A DNA stretch of 64,000 bases from Vampirovibrio chlorellavorus (GTDB lineage Bacteria > Cyanobacteriota > Vampirovibrionia > Vampirovibrionales > Vampirovibrionaceae), in assembly GCA_903866275.1 (NCBI GenBank), contig CAIPMU010000003.1:1805-65804 (forward strand), read 5' to 3'. Below are positions 27,810 to 38,198 of this stretch, one piece after another. A model generated the notes under the pieces. The model worked only from the letters and a program-made list of their open reading frames with translations. It did no database searches and was not told where the DNA came from. How positions within the stretch are numbered: the first letter of the stretch is position 1; each line of letters starts with the position of its first letter. The translations under genes were made by a program, and so were the position numbers.

Positions 27810-29858
27810 ATGAGATTTAAAAGAATACTGGTGATCCTCATCGGGATTGCTTTGTTTGACCCTGTGCTGGGCTTGAATGGCTGGGCGGCGCGCAAGTATT
27901 ACCCGCCCGGTTTTAAGCCACCGGCGGATCAAAGCTTGATCCCCTTGCCACCTGCTGTTGAAACGTCCCCTAAAACCCCGGTGATGCCTCCCTCTGCGGT
28001 AGGTGGCAAGCAAATCATTATTAAAACCGTTCCCGTGACCGTGGAAAAAACGGTTACGGTGCAGGCCAAGCCCAAGGATCCGCTCTTGGTGCTGATGGAG
28101 CAGCACAGACACTTCGATGCCTTGCGGCTGTTGGATGAGCGCCTGAAAAAATCACCCAATAATGTCATTCTTCAGTTGTACCGTGGGGAAACACTGCGGG
28201 ATCAGGGTGCTTTTGATAAGGCTTTGGAGCAGTATTCGGTGTTGCTGGATAAAAATCACAGCAAGGCGGTCCGTGCGGATGCACAGAACGGTATCGGCTG
28301 GACTTACTATGAGAAGGCTTTGCACGAACGCCAAATGGGGAACTTGATGGCGGGAAATGCCAGTTTGCATTCCGCCGAGATGGCCTTTCGACAATCGACC
28401 AGCCTGGCCCCGCAAAAACCCTATGCGTGGTCGGGGCTGGGCGAAGTGGCGCTGGTCAATAATCAGCTTCCGGCTGCCGAGTTTTATATCAAGAAAGCCA
28501 ATAAACTGGGCCCTAACGTTCTGGTGGTTCAGTTGGCGACTGCGGATTTGCTGCTCGCCCAAAAACGGCCGGAAGAAGCGTTACAGGTGTTATACGGCAT
28601 TAAAAAAATGACCACCCGCGAGCCGGATGTGTATGTCCTCTTGGCGCGTGCCTCGTTGGATGTGGGCAAAGTGGATGATGCCATTATTAATCTGAAGCAA
28701 CTGCTGGAGCTGGAGCCGGATCATACCGAAGCCCTGAAATTGTTGAGTTTGTCCTACGAGCGCAAAATGAAGCCCGAGGATGCGGAAGTTGCCCTGGAAA
28801 AGGCGATTTCCCTGAACCCGATGGACGTGAAGTCGGTGACGGCCTTGCTGCGTATTTATGAGCAACGGGGCGAGTCGGATCGCATGATTCTGGTGTTAAA
28901 AACCCTGTTGAAAGACCATCCGGGGCATGGTGTTTATGGCCTAGCCTTGTTGGAGCTGCTGGCCAAACAGGGGCGCTGGGATGAGGTGGTGTCGGAAGGG
29001 TCTGCAATAATTGAGGCCAGTCCGGCCATAAGCAATCCGGAACAGGCTTTGCCCGGTAATCTGGCGTTCTCTCCCTCCGAGCAAGCGCTGGCCCTTCAGG
29101 ATTGGTCGCAGGACCGTGCGATCGTCTCTGTTTTCTCGCGCGCCGTATATCAAAAAAACCGGGGTGTTCTGGATCGACGGCTGATTGATCGGGACCCAGC
29201 CGTGGCAAAGGCGCAGCGCTTTGCTCAGGTGGATTTGCGTCAGGCGGAAAAATCCACGGATGATTTTAGCGGCCTGACCAGTCGTTTGGCGTTGTTGTTC
29301 ATAGATTCCACCGCAACGGTGCCTCCCTTGCCGGCGAATTGGCAGCCACCTGCTCAGGCTTTGCCTTTGGCCATTCAGGTGCCTTTTTTGCAAGGCGATC
29401 AGCAGCATCATGAGCAGTGGTTGACGCAACAGGCTCATGATTTATCGACTGTTTTGCCCGTGGCCAGGCAGCTCTATGATTTGGGTGATTATACCGGGGC
29501 ATTGCGCTTGCTGGAATTTTATCAGGGCAAGGTGCCCACGGATTTGGGCGCTCGCCAGCTGAAGACCAAAATTACCGATGATCAGCAGGCCTTGAGTCAA
29601 CAGTTGGCCATTCTAGGGATGTTGCCCCGCCGGATGCCTGATGCATATTGGCAAAAAACGGCTAGTGAGATCTTAAGGCTGGGTCCTGCCAGCGGTGAGG
29701 CTTATGCGGTTGTTGGCACCGCCCTGGAAAAGCGACATCATCCTGAACTGGCCTTGATTCAGATGCGACGGGCGGTTCAGTATGCACCTACACCCCAAGA
29801 TCGGGAACGCTGGACGCGGCAGATGAAAAAAATTGCCCGAAACGTGGGACACCGTTAG
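27810..29858 (+). CDS. Large TPR-repeat protein with N-terminal signal/TM
   Basis: Multiple TPR-like repeats along 682 aa; hydrophobic N-terminus. Confidence 0.65.
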   Translation: MRFKRILVILIGIALFDPVLGLNGWAARKYYPPGFKPPADQSLIPLPPAVETSPKTPVMPPSAVGGKQIIIKTVPVTVEKTVTVQAKPKDPLLVLMEQHRHFDALRLLDERLKKSPNNVILQLYRGETLRDQGAFDKALEQYSVLLDKNHSKAVRADAQNGIGWTYYEKALHERQMGNLMAGNASLHSAEMAFRQSTSLAPQKPYAWSGLGEVALVNNQLPAAEFYIKKANKLGPNVLVVQLATADLLLAQKRPEEALQVLYGIKKMTTREPDVYVLLARASLDVGKVDDAIINLKQLLELEPDHTEALKLLSLSYERKMKPEDAEVALEKAISLNPMDVKSVTALLRIYEQRGESDRMILVLKTLLKDHPGHGVYGLALLELLAKQGRWDEVVSEGSAIIEASPAISNPEQALPGNLAFSPSEQALALQDWSQDRAIVSVFSRAVYQKNRGVLDRRLIDRDPAVAKAQRFAQVDLRQAEKSTDDFSGLTSRLALLFIDSTATVPPLPANWQPPAQALPLAIQVPFLQGDQQHHEQWLTQQAHDLSTVLPVARQLYDLGDYTGALRLLEFYQGKVPTDLGARQLKTKITDDQQALSQQLAILGMLPRRMPDAYWQKTASEILRLGPASGEAYAVVGTALEKRHHPELALIQMRRAVQYAPTPQDRERWTRQMKKIARNVGHR

Positions 29859-29892
29859 GGGAAGTAATCGGCTGCGGGTGGCCTTGCTGGCC

Positions 29893-31953
29893 TTAGGGTG
29901 TGAATAGGGTTTCTTCCTGGGGCGCTCTGGGCTGGGATGCTTCGGGAGGGGTGGGTGCGGTGTGGGAGGACTTTTTGCTGGTGGGTTTGTCCAGTTGTTG
30001 CACCAGCGGCAGGGTGAGGATAAAACGAGTTTCCACATCCGGCTGGCTCTCGGCCCAGAGCTTGCCGCCGTGGAGTTCTACAATGCGTTTGGAAATATAG
30101 AGCCCCAGCCCGGTGCCAATTTGCTTGAATTTGCGGGAAATGGAATAGTATTTATCAAAGATTTTGGGCAGATCTTCAGCGGAGATGCCCTTGCCCTGAT
30201 TGGTGATTTCTACCAGTAGCCGACTGCCTTCATGCGCGCCATCTTTCATGTTCAGCACATCACTATAAATACTGACCCGAATGGGGGTGAGTTTGCGACT
30301 GTAGCTGATCGCGTTAGAGAGAATATTATGAAACACGCGTTTCATCTGGATGGCGTCAATCCAGACGTCAGGCAAGTCCAGGGCTGCATCCAGCTCTAAG
30401 GTGACCTCTCGTTTTTCGGCCAGTGGCTGCAAGGTGGTCATGACATCCTTGGCCAGTTGGGCGAGCTGCACGCGCTGGCGATGGAGTGTGACATGTGCCG
30501 ATTCCAGCTTGTAGAACAGGAGGGTGCTGTTCACCATATCCAGCAGGTCCTGTACGCTTTCCTTGGCGCCCAGCAGTAATTTTTTCTGATCCTCGTTGAT
30601 GACGCCGACTTTGCCGGTTTCCAGTGTGTCCAGCACCATTTGCTGTGCCAGCAGCGGGGTTTTTAAGTCGTGGGTTAGCGTGGCCACATAGGTCTCTTTC
30701 ACCCGGTCCAGTTCTTTGCTGGTGGAGACATCGCCCAGTACGCAGATAAAACCTTCTTCTTTCTTGCCGTTAATGTCCTGCGTAATTTTAGAGGCATTCA
30801 GGCGCAAGGTTTTGGGCGTTTCCTCGTTGGCGGGATGCAGGATGCGGGTTTCCAGCACATCGGGTAAATCTGCCCCAAAGTTGGAGCCGGTGCAAAGGAG
30901 ATGGGATAACTCGCCGCATTTTTTCAGGTTGGGGCATTGGCATTCAAACAGTTCAAAGAATGTTTGTTGCGATAATTCTTCTTCGCTTTGGCCGAGCCAT
31001 TGGCGCACCAGCGGGTTGGTAATTTTGAGCCGCAGTTGATGATCCAGCAATAAAATGCCATCGGGCGAGGCTTCAAAAATGGTTTCAAACTGTTTCTGGG
31101 CCTCTTCCAGATCGCTTTTGTGTTTTTTTGAACTCAGCACAATCATGGTCATCAGAATCAGGATGAGCAGGCCGCCGAGCCACAGGCTGCCACGCTGCAA
31201 TAGCAGCGTTTCGCTGGGTGGATTAACGGGATTGAGCAAAATGCGCCACGGCTGGCCGAGCAGATCGATGCGAAATTGGGACACGTCCGGGTCTTTGGTA
31301 TCAATATTTAGATTGCCAAACAGCCGCATGCCGTCCGGGTCAATCATTTGAATTTGATACTGGGAGAAAGATTGCCCCAGCGGCTGCCAAATTTGATCCA
31401 GTGAAATTTCCCCGGCGGCATAGCCCAGAAAATCCCGATTATGATTGCGGTAAATAGGAATAAAGGCCCAAAAGCTGCGAGAGTGATTTAAAAAAGGAAT
31501 GAGCCTTGAAGTAGAAGGGCTTTGTGCCAGCTTGGCGTCTTTAAGGGCCGCCACCATCGCCGTTTGCTTGCTGAGGGAATAACCATACAGGCCCGTGTTT
31601 TCCGGGGACAAGGGATAAACCTGCTGAATGGTCAGGCTGGGATCAATATATAGGAGCCGCTGAAAGCCGTGCAGCGTGGAGGTAATGGATTGCCCGTACT
31701 GCTGGAAATCGTAATGGGTAATATCGGTAAAATTCTGGTAAATGACTTTTAATGCAATCAGGGCGGTTACATGCTCTTCTAGCGAGGATTGTACCTGGGC
31801 CTGTAAACGTTCTGCGGTTAATTTTTCCCGGTAATGCTGGTCTTTTTTAAACCCTTGTACCAATATGGCATCCACAAACATGATCAAGGATAATCCTGCC
31901 AGAATCAGCAGTATTAGTTCCTTATAGCGCACCAGTCGTTTCAAAAAGCCCAT
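29893..31953 (-). CDS. Sensor histidine kinase (periplasmic sensor domain, PAS, HisKA, HATPase_c)
   Basis: Two TM helices flanking an ~230-aa extracytoplasmic domain; PAS-like region carrying CQCPNLKKCGELSHLLC; H-box LTHDLKTP; G-boxes GTGLGL. Confidence 0.85.
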   Translation of the reverse strand: MGFLKRLVRYKELILLILAGLSLIMFVDAILVQGFKKDQHYREKLTAERLQAQVQSSLEEHVTALIALKVIYQNFTDITHYDFQQYGQSITSTLHGFQRLLYIDPSLTIQQVYPLSPENTGLYGYSLSKQTAMVAALKDAKLAQSPSTSRLIPFLNHSRSFWAFIPIYRNHNRDFLGYAAGEISLDQIWQPLGQSFSQYQIQMIDPDGMRLFGNLNIDTKDPDVSQFRIDLLGQPWRILLNPVNPPSETLLLQRGSLWLGGLLILILMTMIVLSSKKHKSDLEEAQKQFETIFEASPDGILLLDHQLRLKITNPLVRQWLGQSEEELSQQTFFELFECQCPNLKKCGELSHLLCTGSNFGADLPDVLETRILHPANEETPKTLRLNASKITQDINGKKEEGFICVLGDVSTSKELDRVKETYVATLTHDLKTPLLAQQMVLDTLETGKVGVINEDQKKLLLGAKESVQDLLDMVNSTLLFYKLESAHVTLHRQRVQLAQLAKDVMTTLQPLAEKREVTLELDAALDLPDVWIDAIQMKRVFHNILSNAISYSRKLTPIRVSIYSDVLNMKDGAHEGSRLLVEITNQGKGISAEDLPKIFDKYYSISRKFKQIGTGLGLYISKRIVELHGGKLWAESQPDVETRFILTLPLVQQLDKPTSKKSSHTAPTPPEASQPRAPQEETLFTP

Positions 31954-32094
31954 GAATGATTCCGTTCTGGGTTGTGATCACTTGAAGCGTTGATTATAGC
32001 TTACAAGGCATCCCGCTTAAAGCCTATTGCTCTAAAGTCTAGCTTTGCTCAGGCATGTAAGCTTTGCTGGCGTTCCGAATCTGGAAATATCGGG

Positions 32095-33417
32095 CTAGTC
32101 CAGAGATTCCGGGCCGGTAATCAGGCGTGCCCCCTGGCGACGGGTGAGTAAGGTCCAGCCCCATTGGAACATGACCAGTAAGCGGTTATCGAATTCCACC
32201 AGATTCATCACATGCACAAAGGCCCAAATCAGCCAGGCCAGAAAGCCGCTCAGCTTAAAGGCGTGCAGGTCGGCGACCGCTTCTTTCATGCCAATCACGG
32301 CCAGACTGCCTTTATCCACATACTGGAAGGTCGGGGTTTGTGTGCCCTTAATTTGACTTAAAATAAATTTGGCCAGAAATTCGCCTTGTTGAATGGCCAC
32401 AGACGCGACACCGGGCAGCGGTCGGCCATCCGGTGTATGGGTGTAACAGGATAAATCACCCAGTACAAAAATATCCGGGTGCTGGGGTAAGGATAAATTG
32501 GATTCAACCAGAACGCGACCGCTTCGGTCCAGGGCGCAACCTGTTGCCTGCGAGAGGATTTCGCCCAGTTTGGATGCCTGTACGCCAGCGGCCCATAATA
32601 CGGTGCCGCACCCAATTTGCTCGCTCGTTTCTCCACACGATAAAGTGATGCTGTGGGGTTGAATATCGGTCACTGCCGTTTGGGTATGAATGGAAACCCC
32701 CAGCCGGGTCAGTGATTCGGTGGCTTTTTGAGACAGGGATTCGGGATATGTGGAGAGAATGCGAGGCCCCATTTCCACCAGTAAAATTTTGGCCTCTCGG
32801 CAATTCACTTGCCGAAAATCGGGCGAGAGAATCAGATGCGAAAGCTCTGCCAGTGCGCCTGCCAGCTCGACGCCAGTAGGCCCCCCGCCCACAATGGCAA
32901 ATGTAATTAAGGCCTGCTGCTGAACGGGATCGGTTTCTTTTTCGGCCGCTTCAAAATTCAGAAAAATTTGACGGCGGATATTCAGCGCGTCTTCCACGGT
33001 TTTCAGGCTGTAACTGTGTTCAGCCCATTCGGGGTGTCCAAAATAGGTGGTGGTGCCGCCGGTGGCCAGAACGAGCAGGTCGTAGGAGAAAGGGGTGGCT
33101 TCGTCTCTCAGGGTCAGGGTACGGGACTGTGGGTCAATGTTGATGACTTCATCCATACGCACGGTGATATTGTTAAACCCGCGCAGTACAGACCGCAAGG
33201 GCGAGGCAATCTCGCCGGGAGAGAGGCTGCCTGTGGCGATTTGATACAACAAGGGCTGAAACAGGTGAAAGTTTCGGCGGTCGATCAAGGTGACCCGGAC
33301 CGCCTGGTTGCCCAGCGTCTTGGCGGCGTATAGCCCGCCAAAGCCTCCGCCCACGATGACGATATGGGGGCGAGAGTCAGTATGGAGAGAGGGCGTGGGT
33401 GACAGTGTTGGTGACAT
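32095..33417 (-). CDS. ndh: Type II NADH dehydrogenase (NDH-2) / FAD-dependent pyridine nucleotide-disulfide oxidoreductase
   Basis: Two Rossmann GxGxxG motifs (IVIVGGGFGGLY, FAIVGGGPTGVE) and a C-terminal membrane-anchor helix. Confidence 0.8.
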   Translation of the reverse strand: MSPTLSPTPSLHTDSRPHIVIVGGGFGGLYAAKTLGNQAVRVTLIDRRNFHLFQPLLYQIATGSLSPGEIASPLRSVLRGFNNITVRMDEVINIDPQSRTLTLRDEATPFSYDLLVLATGGTTTYFGHPEWAEHSYSLKTVEDALNIRRQIFLNFEAAEKETDPVQQQALITFAIVGGGPTGVELAGALAELSHLILSPDFRQVNCREAKILLVEMGPRILSTYPESLSQKATESLTRLGVSIHTQTAVTDIQPHSITLSCGETSEQIGCGTVLWAAGVQASKLGEILSQATGCALDRSGRVLVESNLSLPQHPDIFVLGDLSCYTHTPDGRPLPGVASVAIQQGEFLAKFILSQIKGTQTPTFQYVDKGSLAVIGMKEAVADLHAFKLSGFLAWLIWAFVHVMNLVEFDNRLLVMFQWGWTLLTRRQGARLITGPESLD

Positions 33418-33710
33418 CGTTTTGCTCCTGAGGGCGTTCAGGGTCGTATGATGGGTTGTTCCAGTTCCGCTTTAGAACGATATACTCTCATCATACGACT
33501 GGAAAAGCCATTGCATAGTAGTCAGTTGACCATGAGTCGGAGGCTATCCACTAGAACGATCATGAGAGTGACATGGCATGCCACAAAAAAGATCGGGGGG
33601 ATTACTTTTGGGATGATTTCTGTAAAAATAGGGCTGCAGACTGGCGCGGGCAAACGTCCCGAACGGTAGCTTGCATTGGCGATGGCAAATGATTCGGGAG
33701 GCGTTTTACA

Positions 33711-34460
33711 ATGATCAGCTTGCGGCAACGAAACGAACGGGGACAGACCCAGATTGACTGGCTGAAAAGTTACCATACGTTTTCCTTTGGCGATTATTTT
33801 GATCCCCGGCACATGGGCTTTAGTGATTTGCGGGTGATTAACGATGACTATGTGGCGCCCGGTCAGGGTTTTGCCACGCATGGCCATCAGAATATGGAAA
33901 TTGTGACCTATGTGCTGGAAGGCACGCTGGCCCACAAGGACAGTCTGGGCAATGGCTCCCTGATTTTGCCGGGCGAAGTGCAACGCATGTCGGCGGGTAC
34001 GGGCATTCGCCACAGTGAATTTAACCCCTCGGAAACTGATCCGGTGCATTTACTCCAAATCTGGATTTTGCCGGAACGGCAGGGGATTACGCCCTCCTAC
34101 GAGCAAAAAAGTTTCCCGCTGGCAGAGCGGCAAGGGCGCTGGCGTCTAGTAGTCTCGCCGGATGGTCGTGATGGCTCGCTGACCATTCATCAATCCGTGG
34201 AAATTTCGGTGGCCACCATCAGCACGGGCGAAACGCTGACGTATCAGCCTCAGCAGCCGGATCGTGCTTGCTGGCTGCATGTGGCCACCGGCGTGGTGCA
34301 GGTGAACGGTCGCCTGTTGGAAGCCGGGGACGCTTTGGCAATTGCTGCTGAAACACCAGAAGCCTCTGAATCTGTTGAGCCTTTGCAACTGGAAGGCATG
34401 AGTCGCGATGCGGAAGTGTTGCTATTCGACTTACGAAAGCCCGGTGCATCGCAGCAATAG
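33711..34460 (+). CDS. Pirin-family protein
   Basis: Cupin metal ligands HGHQNMEIVTYVLEG...H...E; length typical of bacterial pirin. Confidence 0.85.
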   Translation: MISLRQRNERGQTQIDWLKSYHTFSFGDYFDPRHMGFSDLRVINDDYVAPGQGFATHGHQNMEIVTYVLEGTLAHKDSLGNGSLILPGEVQRMSAGTGIRHSEFNPSETDPVHLLQIWILPERQGITPSYEQKSFPLAERQGRWRLVVSPDGRDGSLTIHQSVEISVATISTGETLTYQPQQPDRACWLHVATGVVQVNGRLLEAGDALAIAAETPEASESVEPLQLEGMSRDAEVLLFDLRKPGASQQ

Positions 34461-34518
34461 CAGCTCGCAGTTCAACGCACAAAACCGGAAGCCGTTTTGA
34501 CTGGGCTGAATCCGGTGA

Positions 34519-35817
34519 CTATTGCCTCGCGACTGCAGTGCGATTGATGGGCAGCGTTTGATTATTTTGGTGCAGCCGTTGCGCCAGTTTGCGCGAGAAA
34601 TATTCAGCCCCGGTGGGGGTTAGGTGTCGGGGATCCGCGAAGAATCCGTCCGTGCTGAGGGCTTGACTGGCTGGCGTCTCCGCATTGAGATCAATGAAGG
34701 GTGTCGGGTGTTTGCGCAATAACTGGCGCAATCCGGCCTGATAATTGGCGTGCAGCGGGGAGTGATTAAACTCCTGTAAAAAGGCGGGGTGATTGGGCCA
34801 GCTCACCAGCACCACGGGAATACCTTGTTGCTGGCAGTACGTTAATAAGGTGTCCAGTTTGTCAAAATAGACGGCGGGTTGTTGATCGATATAATATTTG
34901 CGCGCTTCGTTCACGCTGCGGCGAATACCTGCCGGGGTCGTCATATGCGGGCTTTGGGGCTTGGGATACCAGCCTTGCGCCATCCATGCGGGGGGGGGTG
35001 AACTTTCCGGGGATTCGTCACTTTCGGCGGCCGGGCTGTTTTCCCCGGCATCCGCAACGTCGCTGGTTTCGAGGGATGTATTGGGATTGGCCTCGGCCGG
35101 GGCAATGAATCGCTGAAAAATCCCTACGCGATCCAGACTGATTTTTTCGCTGATTTTTTTGATCACGTTCACGGGAGAAAACGTATAGCGATACTGCCGC
35201 AAGCTGCTCAAACCGGACAGCAGAAGCTCCTGTTTCACGTTATCGGCCAACAAGGGATGGCTCAAATAGGTCGGCGTGAGCTTGGGGCTTTGCTCAATCA
35301 GGGTGCGGTAATACAGCGCCGGGAGAAAATACAGGGCCGCGTTTTTCTCCTGAATGGAAGGGCTGAGCTCCACCAGCACCAGTTGGGGCTTGCCGTAGCG
35401 GTGCTGGTGATATTGCAGATACGCCTGCATAATATCGTAGCGATTATTGGGCAAGCCTAAGTTAAAACTGCGAAGTGTGTCTGGGTGTGGGATGAAGGCG
35501 GCCTGCTCTAATGCTTTGTCAAACACAGCGGGGATAAATCCGTTGTTGGTTTGCGAGGTGCCTAAAAATAAAATATTCGGGGGCTGATTTTGCTGCGGCT
35601 TGAGCAAGGCCAGTTTGGCCGGTAAAAAATTGCCGTAGCTAAAGTTAAATTTAGCGTTCAAAGGGGAATAGGTCACGCCCAATGAGAAACAGATATTAAA
35701 CAGCGCAAACCCTAAAACACCCAACGTAATAGGGCGAAACGCCTTATTAAGCAGGGTTTGCGAGAGAAGTTTCTGTATTTTTAGTAGAGGGCTCAATAAG
35801 GCGCGTAATGCAGGCAT
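34519..35817 (-). CDS. SGNH/AlgJ-DltD-like partner protein of the MBOAT acyltransferase (putative polysaccharide O-acylation accessory protein)
   Basis: N-terminal TM; ILFLGTSQTNNGF (GDS-like block I) and C-terminal FADPRHLTPTGAEYF (DxxH-like block V). Immediately downstream of the MBOAT gene. Contains a C9 homopolymer that encodes PPP. Confidence 0.5.
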   Translation of the reverse strand: MPALRALLSPLLKIQKLLSQTLLNKAFRPITLGVLGFALFNICFSLGVTYSPLNAKFNFSYGNFLPAKLALLKPQQNQPPNILFLGTSQTNNGFIPAVFDKALEQAAFIPHPDTLRSFNLGLPNNRYDIMQAYLQYHQHRYGKPQLVLVELSPSIQEKNAALYFLPALYYRTLIEQSPKLTPTYLSHPLLADNVKQELLLSGLSSLRQYRYTFSPVNVIKKISEKISLDRVGIFQRFIAPAEANPNTSLETSDVADAGENSPAAESDESPESSPPPAWMAQGWYPKPQSPHMTTPAGIRRSVNEARKYYIDQQPAVYFDKLDTLLTYCQQQGIPVVLVSWPNHPAFLQEFNHSPLHANYQAGLRQLLRKHPTPFIDLNAETPASQALSTDGFFADPRHLTPTGAEYFSRKLAQRLHQNNQTLPINRTAVARQ

Positions 35818-35828
35818 GTGAAAGACTC

Positions 35829-37265
35829 TTAAAACTGGAAGTAAATAAATTGCTGAGAGGACTGCCCGCCGAGGGTAATCAGGCAGTATAAAAAGACGCC
35901 GTAGGCGGTGGCAATGCCCGCTTCTCGCCAGAGGGGATGGTGCAGTCGTGGTTGAAAATAGCGGATCAGGGCATGCAGGCCCAGAAACGTGATGACGATC
36001 AACAGGGCGCTCTCCGGGGATAGAAAGTTGTGCCCGGCTTCGACGGTTCCAATGGGTTCACTGAGGCGCTGCCAGTGAAAGGGGTTGAGCATTGCGTTTA
36101 ACATGTGCAGGGCATCGTCAAAGGTTTTGGCCCGGAAAAAGACGCGGGTGAAACACACGGCATGAAAGGTGATGAGCATGGCCATTAATTCCGGGAGGAA
36201 GCGGGTGATTTTGAAATGGCGGGCCGCTTTAAAGAGGCAGAGGAACAAACCGTTCAGGAGGCCCCAAATCACAAAGTTCCAGCTGGCCCCGTGCCACAGG
36301 CCCCCCAGGCCCATGGTGATAAACAGATTGCGGTAGGTGTTAAATCGCCCGTTGCGGTTGCCCCCCAGCGGGATATACAAATAATCCCGCAGCCAGCGAG
36401 AGAGTGAAATGTGCCAGCGCTGCCAGAATTCCGACATGTTGCGGGCAAAGTAGGGCGCGTTAAAGTTTTCGGGGAGGGTGTAGCCCAGCAACAACGCAGA
36501 GCCTTGGGCCATCAGGGTGTATCCGAAAAAATCGCAGAAGAGCTGGATACTGAAGCTGTAAACTGCAATCCAGGAGGTGTTAAAGGCTTGCAGGTGGGGC
36601 TGGCCAAAGATCAGATCTACATAGACGGCCAACAGGTCAGCCACGAAGACCTTCAGGAAAAAGCCGGTGCAAAAACGGTGAATCCCCTGTGCGAGGCGGT
36701 TGATGTCGAAGCGGGGGGCATGATCAAACTGATGCAGCAATTCGCTGGCCCGCACAATGGGCCCGGCGATCAGGTGTGGGAAAAACGCCACATAGGCCGC
36801 AAAGCGGACAAAGCTGGGGTCGGGCTGCTCCTTGCCCCGGTAGACATCGATGAGGTAGCTAATCAGGACGAAATTGGTAAAGGAGATGGCCAGCGGCAGG
36901 AAAATATCAAATTGCACTGCATGCCCCGGCCAATGGAAAAATCGGAGAATAGCCTCGCTGGTTTGAGCCAAAAAGTTGGCGTACTTGAAATAACCCAGCA
37001 GGCAGAGTTCCGTGGTGATGCCAAAGATCAGGATGCGCTGTTTGAACTGCGGCCAGCGAATCATGGCACGGCTCAGCCAGTAGAAGTAGAAGGAATCCAG
37101 CAGGATCAATGGGCCGTAGAGCAAACCATGCGGAGGGCTCCAGCACATGTAGAATACATAACTGGCCACCAGCAGGCAAGCCACCCGGAAGCGGGTAGGC
37201 AGATTCCAGTAGAGGAGCACCACTACGGCCAGAAAGATGAGATACAGGGGGCTGGTAAAAAGCAT
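35829..37265 (-). CDS. MBOAT-family membrane-bound O-acyltransferase (AlgI/DltB-like)
   Basis: Polytopic protein; conserved His region WQRWHISLSRWLRDYLYIPLGGNR, typical of AlgI/DltB. Confidence 0.85.
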   Translation of the reverse strand: MLFTSPLYLIFLAVVVLLYWNLPTRFRVACLLVASYVFYMCWSPPHGLLYGPLILLDSFYFYWLSRAMIRWPQFKQRILIFGITTELCLLGYFKYANFLAQTSEAILRFFHWPGHAVQFDIFLPLAISFTNFVLISYLIDVYRGKEQPDPSFVRFAAYVAFFPHLIAGPIVRASELLHQFDHAPRFDINRLAQGIHRFCTGFFLKVFVADLLAVYVDLIFGQPHLQAFNTSWIAVYSFSIQLFCDFFGYTLMAQGSALLLGYTLPENFNAPYFARNMSEFWQRWHISLSRWLRDYLYIPLGGNRNGRFNTYRNLFITMGLGGLWHGASWNFVIWGLLNGLFLCLFKAARHFKITRFLPELMAMLITFHAVCFTRVFFRAKTFDDALHMLNAMLNPFHWQRLSEPIGTVEAGHNFLSPESALLIVITFLGLHALIRYFQPRLHHPLWREAGIATAYGVFLYCLITLGGQSSQQFIYFQF

Positions 37266-37704
37266 GAGGTGTCGCGGTTAGGGGGAGGGCTATCGATATG
37301 GGGGGGTAATGCTTTAAACACAAAGGCGTTTCAGAATTGCGGCAAACGGTCAGGTGCTGCCAGTCATACGCCACGGATGTTGCTGGAATAAGTCTGGAAT
37401 TCGGGATGCCTTTGGGATTGTGTCAAAAACAGGGCTTAGCAGACATTACCTGCCTGACTAAGGCCTTGGAATGAGAACGCTGGGAACACGATACAGCCAT
37501 GTTGAATAGAGTGAGGAAAAAAGCCGCTCCATGACAACAGTGCGCCCCCAATCGGAAGCGCACTGTCGCCAGGTGGTTTGATGTTATTGTCAGGAGTTGA
37601 AGTTAAAATGAATCGTTTTGAGTTGAATGGTTAGTTTGACGTTCGCTGGCGCAATGGAGAGCGCCTCCCCCTTTGAGTTTGTCGGGTAGTGAGTGTGCTT
37701 TGGT

Positions 37705-37806
37705 TTAATCGATTCGCTGCGGGATCTTGCAGGTTTCATAGACCATCAGTGAGCCGCCGAGAATGGAGCCGCAGGTCACCAGAAGCGCAGCCAGATAAAA
37801 TTCCAT
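37705..37806 (-). CDS. Small hydrophobic peptide (33 aa), unannotated sORF
   Basis: ATG preceded by AGGAGGG at 6-nt spacing; peptide MEFYLAALLVTCGSILGGSLMVYETCKIPQRID has a single TM; lies in a ~900-bp region otherwise free of ORFs. Confidence 0.35.
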   Translation of the reverse strand: MEFYLAALLVTCGSILGGSLMVYETCKIPQRID

Positions 37807-38198
37807 CGGAACCCTCCTCATTTCCCATCTTTCTTTGGTAACATCCCCGATTGATTGAAGATACTCATAGTATAACTTTTTTTAACAAACTCAACTAGTC
37901 CCATTCAGGCTGATCTTTTCAATTGTTTTTTCTTTAATGCTTTCAGGTGACGCTTTGCTTGGGGTGTGTTTCACAGGTTGTCTGAAATGCCAATCAATTG
38001 GCTGAATGAAACTCTGAGAAATCTCAGGAAGCACTTCGTATCCTGAAGGACTTAAAAGGCGTTGGAAGTCATTTTTGGTCTGGTCGATTGCTTGTTCTCG
38101 GCTCTGGTATGCCTCTAGAGATTACACGGTTGGTCGATTGAGTGAGGGCTCGCTTTTGGGTACGATGGGGCCCATAGTTACACAGACGAGGTTTGCAC

